Shown here: in pieces, positions 1 through 8,469 of the stretch | Layout: each line of letters starts with the position of its first letter | Numbering within the stretch: position 1 is the stretch's first letter | Virus record (IMG/VR): IMGVR_UViG_3300010389_000001 | Span: 62,001 to 126,000 of that record | Direction: 5' to 3' (one strand) | Length of the DNA: 64,000 nt | Notes under the pieces: generated by a model | Database searches by the model: none | What the model saw: only the letters and a program-made list of their open reading frames with translations | What the model was told of the DNA's origin: nothing | Translations under genes and position numbers: made by a program

Positions 1-2
1 TG

Positions 3-560
3 CATCTAACCTCCTGCATTAACTCTGGCTTATCTATCGTCGGTGTGAACGCTGAGGTTGCAAAGGGTCAGTGGGAGTATCAGGTTGGTGGTCCCGGAGT
101 CAATGTTGTTGCTGCCTGTGATCATCTTTGGGTTTCAAGATTCCTTCTTCAGAGGGTGTGTGAGCTTCAGGGTGTTTCGGTATCATTTGATCCAAAGCCA
201 GTGACCGGAGATTGGAACGGAAGCGGAATGCATACAAACTTCTCAACGAGATCCATGAGAGAAGCTGGTGGCATTAACGCTATCAATAAGGCGTGCGAGC
301 TACTCGGGGAGGAGTCTGCGCTTATGGCGGCCAGAGCCAATTACGGAGAGGGCCTTGAAAGAAGGCTTACTGGGAAGCATGAGACTGCAAATATCGATGA
401 GTATTCTTTTGGTGTTGCCGATAGGTCTGCGTCAGTAAGAATTCCTCTTCACGTTTCTAGAGATGGACAAGGCTATCTTGAAGATAGGCGCCCAAACTCA
501 AACGCTGACCCCTACCGTGTTACTGCGGTACTGGTATCTAGCCTTGGAGGCTTAGGCTAG
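3..560 (+). CDS. glnII: Glutamine synthetase type II, C-terminal part (5' end outside window)
   Basis: Frame open from window edge; motifs NAEVxxGQWEYQVG, FDPKP..DWNGSGMHTNFS, RLTGKHET, RSASVRIP, GYLEDRRP..NADPY. Confidence 0.92.
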   Translation, partial: HLTSCINSGLSIVGVNAEVAKGQWEYQVGGPGVNVVAACDHLWVSRFLLQRVCELQGVSVSFDPKPVTGDWNGSGMHTNFSTRSMREAGGINAINKACELLGEESALMAARANYGEGLERRLTGKHETANIDEYSFGVADRSASVRIPLHVSRDGQGYLEDRRPNSNADPYRVTAVLVSSLGGLG

Positions 561-562
561 TC

Positions 563-979
563 GTGGGCAGAAAAATCGACAAATACTATAAATACCTTGA
601 GGTTGATCAGGGTAATGGTATTACGGCTTTTGGGTGGACCGATGCTGATTCTATAGATAAGAATCAAGATTATGTATTAAGCTATCCGTCTAGATCAAAG
701 AAAACTTCAGAAGAAGATCTGGAGTGGTCAAGCAAAGAAGGCTGTAGCGCAACTGCGCTTGTCGATTACGCAACTTACGTTGAGAGGCTAACTGGGGAAT
801 CTCCGCAGGGCTTCTTCGATGAGTGGGAAGAAAAAATAGACTTATACGATGAATCTAAAGAAAGCTGGAGAGAGGGATCTGCGGAGTTTATATTAAATCT
901 ATGCAGACTAATCTTGGGAGAGAAAGCTAGCTTCACACAATTTGGAAGAGTTTATAAAAGAGTCAATGTCGAAAGCTAA
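563..979 (+). CDS. Hypothetical protein
   Basis: 138-aa ORF with GGAGG RBS, tightly packed between neighbours. Confidence 0.6.
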   Translation: MGRKIDKYYKYLEVDQGNGITAFGWTDADSIDKNQDYVLSYPSRSKKTSEEDLEWSSKEGCSATALVDYATYVERLTGESPQGFFDEWEEKIDLYDESKESWREGSAEFILNLCRLILGEKASFTQFGRVYKRVNVES

Positions 980-1532
980 AAAGATCTATTATAGCAATCC
1001 TGTTAATCCGCACAATTTTCGAGATAGAACCAGGCGACAAAGATATGAAACAAAAAAGTCTAATTCCAACGACTTAAATCTATCAATAGCAACGATAAAC
1101 TTCTCTAATGATGAGAACTTGGCCTTCACGATTAGGGGTGCTGCTTGTTTCGGAGTAAGAGACATTTACATTATAGGTTCTGTGCCGCCCAGATCTTTTC
1201 TAAATTCCAGGTCTGGGTCACTGTACGATTACGTAAACATTAAGTCTTTCTCAAGGCCCTCAACTTTTCTGAGATTCTGCAGAGATAATGAGATCGACTT
1301 ATTTAGTTTAGATATTACGGATGACTCACGGTCAATATATGATGTGGAGTTTTCTGCAGAAAAAAAGTCTGCAATCGTCCTGGGGCATGAAACAATGGGC
1401 ATTCCTGCAGAGATCTTGTTTAACAGCAAACATATTCATATTCCGATGCCAGGAGTTGGATACTGTTTAAATGTAAGTCAAGCCGGCACAGTTGCCATGA
1501 GCGAGTTCTTTAGAAAGACACTAACACGATAG
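966..1532 (+). CDS. SpoU/TrmH-family RNA 2'-O-methyltransferase
   Basis: SPOUT motifs NLAFTIRGAACFG, IVLGHETMG, IPMPGVGYCLNVSQAG; ATG at 966 preferred. Confidence 0.88.
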   Translation: MSKAKKIYYSNPVNPHNFRDRTRRQRYETKKSNSNDLNLSIATINFSNDENLAFTIRGAACFGVRDIYIIGSVPPRSFLNSRSGSLYDYVNIKSFSRPSTFLRFCRDNEIDLFSLDITDDSRSIYDVEFSAEKKSAIVLGHETMGIPAEILFNSKHIHIPMPGVGYCLNVSQAGTVAMSEFFRKTLTR

Positions 1533-1541
1533 GGAGCAAAA

Positions 1542-1733
1542 ATGAGCGAAGAAAGAGAAGACTTTATTTACTTTACCTACGACAATCGAACTTCAGGAAA
1601 TGCTGAAGGGCAAGGCGGGAGTGATGAGCGCCGTAAAGTGCAGGTCTCTAGAGAGACATGGGAGAGGGGTTGGCTCAATTACTGGAAGCATGTTGAGCGA
1701 ACTATGGCTACAGAGCTGCCCTCAGAAGAGTAG
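1542..1733 (+). CDS. Small hypothetical protein
   Basis: GGGAG RBS, 63 aa. Confidence 0.55.
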   Translation: MSEEREDFIYFTYDNRTSGNAEGQGGSDERRKVQVSRETWERGWLNYWKHVERTMATELPSEE

Positions 1734-1747
1734 GTCGAAAAGCCCTG

Positions 1748-2809
1748 TTACCCTTGGCCCACAGCCTCTTTTGCTAGGCTGTGGATTTTCTCTTTTATGG
1801 GACTCCAATGCTTTTCGGATAGATGCTCTGAGGCAAGCTCTATCCCCAAGAGTCCAAATATTTGGAATAGGAAATCTCCGATGCCAAAGATAACGGCCGC
1901 AATCTTTGTTAGCACTGGTTCGGGGGCAGCAAGTAAAGCTAAGCTGATTGTATCAAGTATCAGTGCGATACCGTTTGTAATAGAGAATACTAGGTCTAGC
2001 TGAAATGCTTTAATCACCGATGATATTTCAAGTATCTCCATAAGCTTTTTTGGATCATCAGAGTTTACATCAACTTGGTTATCTAGCGCATCAATAGCTC
2101 CGCCAGGTTTTATTGCATCAGATACCGATAAGCCATAATCTGAAAGAGGAAGGTTTGATAAAATATTCAGACCATTATTATAAGTCTCATTTACATTTTT
2201 TGTAAAAAGCGTAAGGGACGCAAGAGCGCCAGCCACTTGTAAGAATGCTCTTTTAAATATGCCCTTATTCAAATTCGCTTGCCCTTCTGGTAGCCCAATA
2301 ATAGACGATATAGCTTTATCGGTATCCGCCTGGAGCTTGTCAAAGTCCGATGTTATAATTGGCAAATCTTCGGTCATCTGATCATCTGCTGAATTTTTCG
2401 CTTGACCAATTAGCTCGGACAGGTTACCAGAGAGGAGGGGTAGGATCTCCTCTCTTTCGTCGTCAGATTTTTTCGGTATGTTTCCTTTAGCCCTGGCGGC
2501 CTCAGTGTCTTTGCTTAGTCTTCTAGATATTTCTTTCATATCTATTTCATAAGGAAACTTTTCATTTCCCTCAATTGCTTTTAGCAATTCCTCCCAAGCT
2601 CTGAGCTTATCAGGGTCTTGTTCTTCTTTTTCGCCTTCTGGCTCCATTCCAAGATTTGGACCAACACCCTTTAGGGCTTCTAGAACTTCCTTAATCCTAG
2701 AAGACTCTGCGAGCGCAAGCTTTCCGGCAAATTCAGACTCATCACGGAGTCCATAATGACTCAGTAAATAAGATAAAGAACTTAGTTTTCTAATCACTTG
2801 TAACCTCAA
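1748..2809 (-). CDS. Hypothetical, probable virion/membrane-associated protein
   Basis: 353-aa ORF filling a + strand gap; C-terminal hydrophobic helices (ISLALLAAPEPVLTKIAAVIFG); CTACTAAT motif upstream. Confidence 0.7.
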   Translation of the reverse strand: MRLQVIRKLSSLSYLLSHYGLRDESEFAGKLALAESSRIKEVLEALKGVGPNLGMEPEGEKEEQDPDKLRAWEELLKAIEGNEKFPYEIDMKEISRRLSKDTEAARAKGNIPKKSDDEREEILPLLSGNLSELIGQAKNSADDQMTEDLPIITSDFDKLQADTDKAISSIIGLPEGQANLNKGIFKRAFLQVAGALASLTLFTKNVNETYNNGLNILSNLPLSDYGLSVSDAIKPGGAIDALDNQVDVNSDDPKKLMEILEISSVIKAFQLDLVFSITNGIALILDTISLALLAAPEPVLTKIAAVIFGIGDFLFQIFGLLGIELASEHLSEKHWSPIKEKIHSLAKEAVGQG

Positions 2810-2835
2810 GATAACACTTAATATTAGTAGTAAAA

Positions 2836-3111
2836 ATGAACAAGCTAGATGACTTTAGAGAAATGATCGATGGTATTGACGACGAGCTTCTGTTAGAAGC
2901 TGGACTTGCCTTAACTAGAGATATGATTCGTTACAATGAAATGAAGAGGGAGATGGCCAAAATCGAAGAGTCTTTCACAGAGGGGCAGAAGGCTATTTTC
3001 TATTTCTTTGCAGACTCTCTGGATGAAGATGAGATTGTTTTTGCCGCAGAAAGAATCTCCGGAAGAATGAAGAGGCTTCAGACAAAATCAGTGAAAAAGG
3101 ATGGCGAATAA
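2836..3111 (+). CDS. Hypothetical protein
   Basis: 91-aa ORF. Confidence 0.55.
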   Translation: MNKLDDFREMIDGIDDELLLEAGLALTRDMIRYNEMKREMAKIEESFTEGQKAIFYFFADSLDEDEIVFAAERISGRMKRLQTKSVKKDGE

Positions 3112-3171
3112 TGGTAAGATAGCTATTGATAAATAGCTGTTTGCGATTACCATTATTACATAGGAGATATA

Positions 3172-4773
3172 ATGTCGAAAGAAGTTTCGTTTGGAGCCGA
3201 GGCAAGAGCGGCTCTGCAAGAAGGTCTTGATATTCTTGCTAATGCTGTTAAGTCAACTCTGGGCCCAAGAGGGAGGCACGCCGCCATTGATAGGGGCTAT
3301 GGACCGCCTCTTATTACAAAAGATGGCGTAACTGTAGCACGCTCCATTACGCTTAGCGATAAGCTAAAGAATATGGGAGCTTCTCTAGTAAAAGACGTTG
3401 CATCATCCACTAATTCTTTAGCTGGCGATGGAACGACTACTGCTACGGTTCTTGCGCAAGCCATCTATAATGAGGGCGCTAAGATGGTTGCCGCTGGGCA
3501 CAATCCTGTCCTAATTAAAAGAGGTGTTGATTTAGCTACGGAGCGCGTAACATCAAGGCTTTTGGATGTATCAATTGACGTTTCTAGTCAGGAGATGCTT
3601 GAAAGTATTGCGGTTATTTCTGCAAACAATGATGACGCATTAGGAAGGCTAATTGCAGAAGCAGTTGCAGCAGTAGGCGAGAACGGACTAATCTCTGTCG
3701 AAGAGTCAACAGGAGCGGATACGACGGTTGCTTACTCCGACGGCCTATCGTTTGACCGTGGTTATATCCATCCAATTTTCGTAACGAATCAGGATAGATA
3801 TGTAGCGGAACTTGAGAATCCTTTTATCCTTTTCTACGATGGAAAGATAACAAATACAACAGACATAATGAAGGTAGCAACAGAGGTATCAGAAACAAAG
3901 AGACCGCTTCTGGTTGTAGCTCAAACAGTTATGGATGAAGCACTTGAGACTCTAAAGCTAAATAAGCAGCGCGGAGCACTGGCTTCCTGCGTGGTTAGAG
4001 CGCCTGGGTTCGGAGATATTAGGCGCGATATGCTGCTGGATCTAGCCGCTGTGACCGGAGGAAAGGTTCTTTCCTCTGATACTGAAGATCAGCTTTTGAG
4101 CGTCAGTCTATCAGATTTAGGCCAAGCAAGAAGAGTTCTGGTAACGCGAGATACCACTACTATTATTGACGGTGCTGGTGATGATGAAGAGGTTAGTCGC
4201 AGAGAAGAATCTATTAAGCAAAGAATGAGAACAGAAGCTCTTGAGACATACGAGATTGCTGCCTTTAGAGAGAGGCTGTCAAAGCTTGCTGGGTCTGTTG
4301 CCGTCTTTAGGGTGGGCGGAGTATCTGAGGCAGAAGTCAAGGAAAAGAAGGATAGAGTCGAGGATGCCATCAACGCCGTTAAGGCGGCTATAGAGCAGGG
4401 CGTTGTTCCGGGCGGCGGCTCCGCTCTCTTGCACTGTGTTGAGGATCTAGAGGCATTTATAAAGAGCGGGGACTTTATGCACGAAGAGGTTGTTGGAATG
4501 GAGGTTGTATCTCGTGCAATCAGAGCGCCATTTTCGCAGATACTAAATAATGCCGGCCTTGATTACCACCTTCATATGGAGACAATAATTAGGACGGACA
4601 ACATACAGTCAGGCTTTAATGCATTGAGGATGCAGCTTGAGGATAATATGGTTGAGGCTGGTGTAATTGATCCAGTTAAAGTTGTTCGAACTGCTCTTGA
4701 GAATGCAGCATCATCTGCCGGCACGCTGTTGACAACTCAGGTTGCTATTTTTGATGAAGAAAACCCGAAATAA
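3172..4773 (+). CDS. groEL: Group I chaperonin GroEL (phage-encoded)
   Basis: TLGPRGR, ITKDGVTVA, AGDGTTTATVLAQA, APGFGD, GVVPGGG, GVIDPVKV; no GGM tail. Confidence 0.97.
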   Translation: MSKEVSFGAEARAALQEGLDILANAVKSTLGPRGRHAAIDRGYGPPLITKDGVTVARSITLSDKLKNMGASLVKDVASSTNSLAGDGTTTATVLAQAIYNEGAKMVAAGHNPVLIKRGVDLATERVTSRLLDVSIDVSSQEMLESIAVISANNDDALGRLIAEAVAAVGENGLISVEESTGADTTVAYSDGLSFDRGYIHPIFVTNQDRYVAELENPFILFYDGKITNTTDIMKVATEVSETKRPLLVVAQTVMDEALETLKLNKQRGALASCVVRAPGFGDIRRDMLLDLAAVTGGKVLSSDTEDQLLSVSLSDLGQARRVLVTRDTTTIIDGAGDDEEVSRREESIKQRMRTEALETYEIAAFRERLSKLAGSVAVFRVGGVSEAEVKEKKDRVEDAINAVKAAIEQGVVPGGGSALLHCVEDLEAFIKSGDFMHEEVVGMEVVSRAIRAPFSQILNNAGLDYHLHMETIIRTDNIQSGFNALRMQLEDNMVEAGVIDPVKVVRTALENAASSAGTLLTTQVAIFDEENPK

Positions 4774-4779
4774 AAAATA

Positions 4780-4808
4780 TTGCACCATATCCCAGCCCGG
4801 TTATAGGT
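4780..4808 (+). promoter_or_regulatory. Repeated 29-nt promoter-like element, copy 1
   Basis: TTGCACCATATCCCAGCCCGGTTATAGGT, identical to 17109-17137; intergenic, upstream of an RBS. Confidence 0.7.
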
Positions 4809-4833
4809 TGGTGTAGAGCGGAGGCTAGGTTTT

Positions 4834-5097
4834 ATGAGTGACTCTAATGTTGTAGAGATTGTCAGCACTTTGCGAGATAGTGGTGTTGATGAGTCGGTTC
4901 TTTATAGGTTGGCGGCCCTGGGCATCAATTATGTTTATTCCTCGTATCGCTCTGATAAAGTAGAGCTTATGAGGCAATACGGAATGTTGCCTAAGAAAGT
5001 TTTGATTGAGATGTGGGATGACTTAGATGTAAAGCTTAAGGTTGAGTATGTTAACGAAAATTCCGAAGACTTCAAAGAGTGGATGAGAAATGGCTGA
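4834..5097 (+). CDS. Hypothetical protein
   Basis: 87 aa, GGAGG upstream. Confidence 0.6.
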   Translation: MSDSNVVEIVSTLRDSGVDESVLYRLAALGINYVYSSYRSDKVELMRQYGMLPKKVLIEMWDDLDVKLKVEYVNENSEDFKEWMRNG

Positions 5098-5923
5098 TGC
5101 AATCGACAAGTTTGTTGCGGAAGGTCTTAGTTCTATCTTCGTTGGCGGGTATAGGTCGCGCGGAATTAATGGCTTTGGTCTTCAGATTCTAAACGATCCG
5201 GCGTTTGAGGTATACTTCTCGAATCTTATTAGTTCAGATGATTGGACTTCGGAGGCGGCACTTCACCGTATTGCAAAGACATTTTTGCAGGCGAAAGAAG
5301 ACGAAAATGGGGCGGAACCATCATCCTTCTGGAAGGATAGCTTTGCACGCTTTTCCAGCCCAGAGTATGTATCAAAGCATGTTGCAGGCTACGTCAGAGG
5401 TAACTGTCCTCATATTGAGTATGGCATGGAGATTAATGATAATCTTCAGACGTACACCCTGTTTGAGCTAGTCAGCGATAATCTCATCAAGAACAACTGG
5501 ATTAATTCAAGGTGGCTGTATCTCCTGAATAGGCTAGGCGAAGAAAGCCCGCTATCTCTCAAGCTATTGGTTGATACCAAGTTGTTTGGCAAGAGCAAGG
5601 CTGGTCGCCCAAAGTCTGCCGTTAGAGGTCGCATGTACCGAAAGTACATTGAGTGTGGCTTTCTTGATCTAAAGACTGCAAGAAAGATTCGCTCCGAATC
5701 TTCGGAAGAAGCCTCAGTCGCAGGAGTTAAGGCCCTGCTCGAATGTGGGGATATTTACGAAAATCATACGGACCTGTTGCTTAGCTTTTCTGATTCAAGG
5801 TATCCTGATGTTCTTTACGCCCTAGCCAATGGACTTCCAGTTTACCTTCTATCTTCTCTGCTTGGAACAGAGAATGATTGGGTCAGGCGTACAGTAGAAG
5901 CAAGGATGAATTCCGGAGAGTGA
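5090..5923 (+). CDS. Alpha-helical protein, paralogue family member 1
   Basis: C-terminus (WVRRTVEARMNSGE) resembles those of 13047 and 13813. Confidence 0.65.
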   Translation: MADAIDKFVAEGLSSIFVGGYRSRGINGFGLQILNDPAFEVYFSNLISSDDWTSEAALHRIAKTFLQAKEDENGAEPSSFWKDSFARFSSPEYVSKHVAGYVRGNCPHIEYGMEINDNLQTYTLFELVSDNLIKNNWINSRWLYLLNRLGEESPLSLKLLVDTKLFGKSKAGRPKSAVRGRMYRKYIECGFLDLKTARKIRSESSEEASVAGVKALLECGDIYENHTDLLLSFSDSRYPDVLYALANGLPVYLLSSLLGTENDWVRRTVEARMNSGE

Positions 5924-5925
5924 TT

Positions 5926-6192
5926 ATGGATGACTTTGTGTGGTTGGAAAAGCCTTTGCATAAAAATAACTTTCCAAAGAACTTCTTTGAAGATAATAAG
6001 GGAGTTCTAGAAACTTTAAAGCTGTCATTTGATGGCTCTATTGTTGCCGTGAAGCGCGATCTAGTTGAGAAAGAATTTGAAGCTCAACAGGTAGATATGA
6101 TGAGGCTTGGATATAAGCCATGGCCAGAAAAGGTGAGGGTTGAATCTGTAGAATCATTCTATAATTACCTGGCCCTTTGGGTTGAGATGTAA
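5926..6192 (+). CDS. Hypothetical protein
   Basis: ATG 5926 after GGAG; ends before a terminator. Confidence 0.55.
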   Translation: MDDFVWLEKPLHKNNFPKNFFEDNKGVLETLKLSFDGSIVAVKRDLVEKEFEAQQVDMMRLGYKPWPEKVRVESVESFYNYLALWVEM

Positions 6193-6213
6193 AAAACAGC
6201 TAATAAAAAATAT

Positions 6214-6247
6214 AAAGCCGAGAGGATTTTTCCTCTCGGCTTTTTTT
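6214..6247 (+). terminator. Intrinsic terminator
   Basis: AAAGCCGAGAGGA-TTTT-TCCTCTCGGCTTT followed by a T run. Confidence 0.85.
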
Positions 6248-6286
6248 GTTATATGCATCATGGAATTCAATTAGGTAGAATAAAAT

Positions 6287-6733
6287 ATGGATAACTTTAT
6301 ATCTCATAAACAAAAGTTAGTGAAGCTTGCCGGCCCCGAAGAGGGAGGGCTCAATGATCCAAGGACAGGGCTTCCGATTTATGTGACAACGACTGTGAGA
6401 AAAAAGTATAGAGAATACTTCTCTGAGGAAAAGGCTCTAAGGTATGATCGAGAGATTTACTCTGACCTGAGAAACAAGCAGCTAAACCAAATAATTGCTC
6501 AGGACTTTGCTGCAAGCGCCAATGGGGTTGTTCATCATTTCTTAGCAAACTCTTCCGATGTAGCTTCCCGCAAGAGACATTGGATAGAAATAAGAAAAGT
6601 TTATACAATGAGAAGGCCTTTTAACATTTTTCTATCTATAATTGGATCAAGTTTTATAACAATAATTGGAGTCAACACATCCTACTTTAAGCCAAAAAAA
6701 CCTAGAATGATGTCTCCAAAGGCTTTTAATTAA
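6287..6733 (+). CDS. Hypothetical protein
   Basis: 148-aa ORF. Confidence 0.55.
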   Translation: MDNFISHKQKLVKLAGPEEGGLNDPRTGLPIYVTTTVRKKYREYFSEEKALRYDREIYSDLRNKQLNQIIAQDFAASANGVVHHFLANSSDVASRKRHWIEIRKVYTMRRPFNIFLSIIGSSFITIIGVNTSYFKPKKPRMMSPKAFN

Positions 6734-6750
6734 AAAGAATCGGAATTGAA

Positions 6751-7317
6751 ATGTATAAAAAGGCAAACTCACCTCCTCCATACTGGCAATCTATTTTAAC
6801 AAAGATAAAGAATCTAGGGCTAAGGCCAGAGATAATGGCGATGCTTAACAACTTCAATCAGATAGTGTGGGATGCGGCCCCGCCTCCTTCTGAGCCAAAT
6901 GCTGTAGCGTATGTTACAAATGAAGACAAGAATGGTGACGGAAAGATAGATAAGATACACTTTGTTTTAAGCAAATTTCCTCCAAACGCAAATGAGGATG
7001 AGATGGATGCCATTGTTGAGATGGTTGCAAAAACTTTGGTGCATGAATATGGTCATATCGAAGATTTTAATCCAGAAACAGGCGAATTTCCCGGAGGCGA
7101 AGCTGCCGCAGAACAGGCGGAGAGAGCATTCGAGCCGGTGCTAAGACAAAGGCTTGAGCAAATGGCTCCAGCTAATAACAATAGTTCCTTTGAAGGAATG
7201 TCTGCTGCAGCAAAGCTGGAGATTATTAGAGATTTGGTTAAGATATCAAACGCCCTGGATAAGCATGGCTTGATTAAAGAAGCAGATATACTAGATGGAT
7301 TGATCAAAAAGAGTTAA
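6751..7317 (+). CDS. Putative zincin-type metalloprotease with C-terminal helical module
   Basis: LVHEYGH (HExxH) with downstream E; C-terminal LVKISNALDKHGLIKEADILD module. Confidence 0.55.
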   Translation: MYKKANSPPPYWQSILTKIKNLGLRPEIMAMLNNFNQIVWDAAPPPSEPNAVAYVTNEDKNGDGKIDKIHFVLSKFPPNANEDEMDAIVEMVAKTLVHEYGHIEDFNPETGEFPGGEAAAEQAERAFEPVLRQRLEQMAPANNNSSFEGMSAAAKLEIIRDLVKISNALDKHGLIKEADILDGLIKKS

Positions 7318-7322
7318 GAATC

Positions 7323-7330
7323 CTACTAAT
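7323..7330 (+). promoter_or_regulatory. Putative late-promoter motif CTACTAAT
   Basis: Same 8-mer at 8834-8841 and on the - strand at 2823-2830, each upstream of a start codon. Confidence 0.45.
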
Positions 7331-7377
7331 AATTCATGTTATTTGGAATGACAAACAAAATATCTGGAGATATTAAA

Positions 7378-8466
7378 ATGCTAAAAGAATTAGTAAAGCT
7401 AGCAAATCATCTAGACTCTATTGGTCATAGAGACTTATCTGATGATTTAGACTCTGTTATAAGAAAGATGGCTCAAGCCACGACGGGCCAGACTATGAGC
7501 GGAGCACTTTCTGAATTTGAATATGGCAAGTCATTGCTAACCCCCTCTCGTGAGGCGGCGGTTAAAAAGACCAAAGAGATCCTTGCGAATATAGAGAACT
7601 CTGTGTATGGCGATCAAGTTACACAGTTATTCCGTGGTTCGCCAACTGGCAGAAAACTCTCTGGTGCAGCCCCCGATTTTGAGCAGGCTCCCGCTCTCAG
7701 GTGGCAGCTAGAGACGATTATTAAGTCATTAGGCGAAGCCAATTTGCCCTTTGAAAAAGAACTCCTTGAGGAAGATAAGGATGAACTCAAAGCCTACATT
7801 GAAAGGGCCGAAACGGAGAAGAAAAGTGTGATGCTTGCTGAGCAGGCCATGGCTCAAGAGACGGACTCAGAATCTGATACCATGGCGGCCAGGGGCGATA
7901 TGCCCGATGAGTCAGAGGGCGTTATTCGTAATAACGAAGATATAATGGCTATCGAGAGTATAATTGGGGCACAGGCCACTGGCCAATTTCCTTTCAACAA
8001 GGGAACTTATTTTGCTCTCAAGGCATTCTTAGAGGCTAATGCTGATAAGCTGTCTCACTCAGAGCATAGCCCGGAAGATTATGTGCAAACAATCCTCGAT
8101 ACTGGCCCGGAAGGGTTTTCTGTAAGGGGCGGAGAGCATGCGAGAATAACGGGCAGAAGCTTCCGAGACTGGCGAAATCTTATAGAGGATCTTCAGATGA
8201 CCACAAGAAGAGGCGTCGCCCAGACAGCCCAGATGGTAACAGCCTCTCATGATGGCGATTACATGTCAGAGTTTCACGCTAGAAGCATTGAAAATAGTGC
8301 CGAGGAGATCGTAGGGGATTTGGAAAGAGGCAAGAAACTTGACCCTTGGCAAAAGTCTTACTTAGCGCAAGCTGATCAAATGACGGACAGTGTTGAAGAA
8401 AGGCTTGATCAAGAGGCTAAGATTGAGGCTATGACAAAAGCTTTGGATAAGCTTTTCAAGTATTAA
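7378..8466 (+). CDS. Probable virion (internal head) protein
   Basis: GGAGA RBS before ATG 7378; N-terminal LVKLANHLDSIGHRDLSDDLD module; acidic. Confidence 0.6.
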   Translation: MLKELVKLANHLDSIGHRDLSDDLDSVIRKMAQATTGQTMSGALSEFEYGKSLLTPSREAAVKKTKEILANIENSVYGDQVTQLFRGSPTGRKLSGAAPDFEQAPALRWQLETIIKSLGEANLPFEKELLEEDKDELKAYIERAETEKKSVMLAEQAMAQETDSESDTMAARGDMPDESEGVIRNNEDIMAIESIIGAQATGQFPFNKGTYFALKAFLEANADKLSHSEHSPEDYVQTILDTGPEGFSVRGGEHARITGRSFRDWRNLIEDLQMTTRRGVAQTAQMVTASHDGDYMSEFHARSIENSAEEIVGDLERGKKLDPWQKSYLAQADQMTDSVEERLDQEAKIEAMTKALDKLFKY

Positions 8467-8469
8467 AAA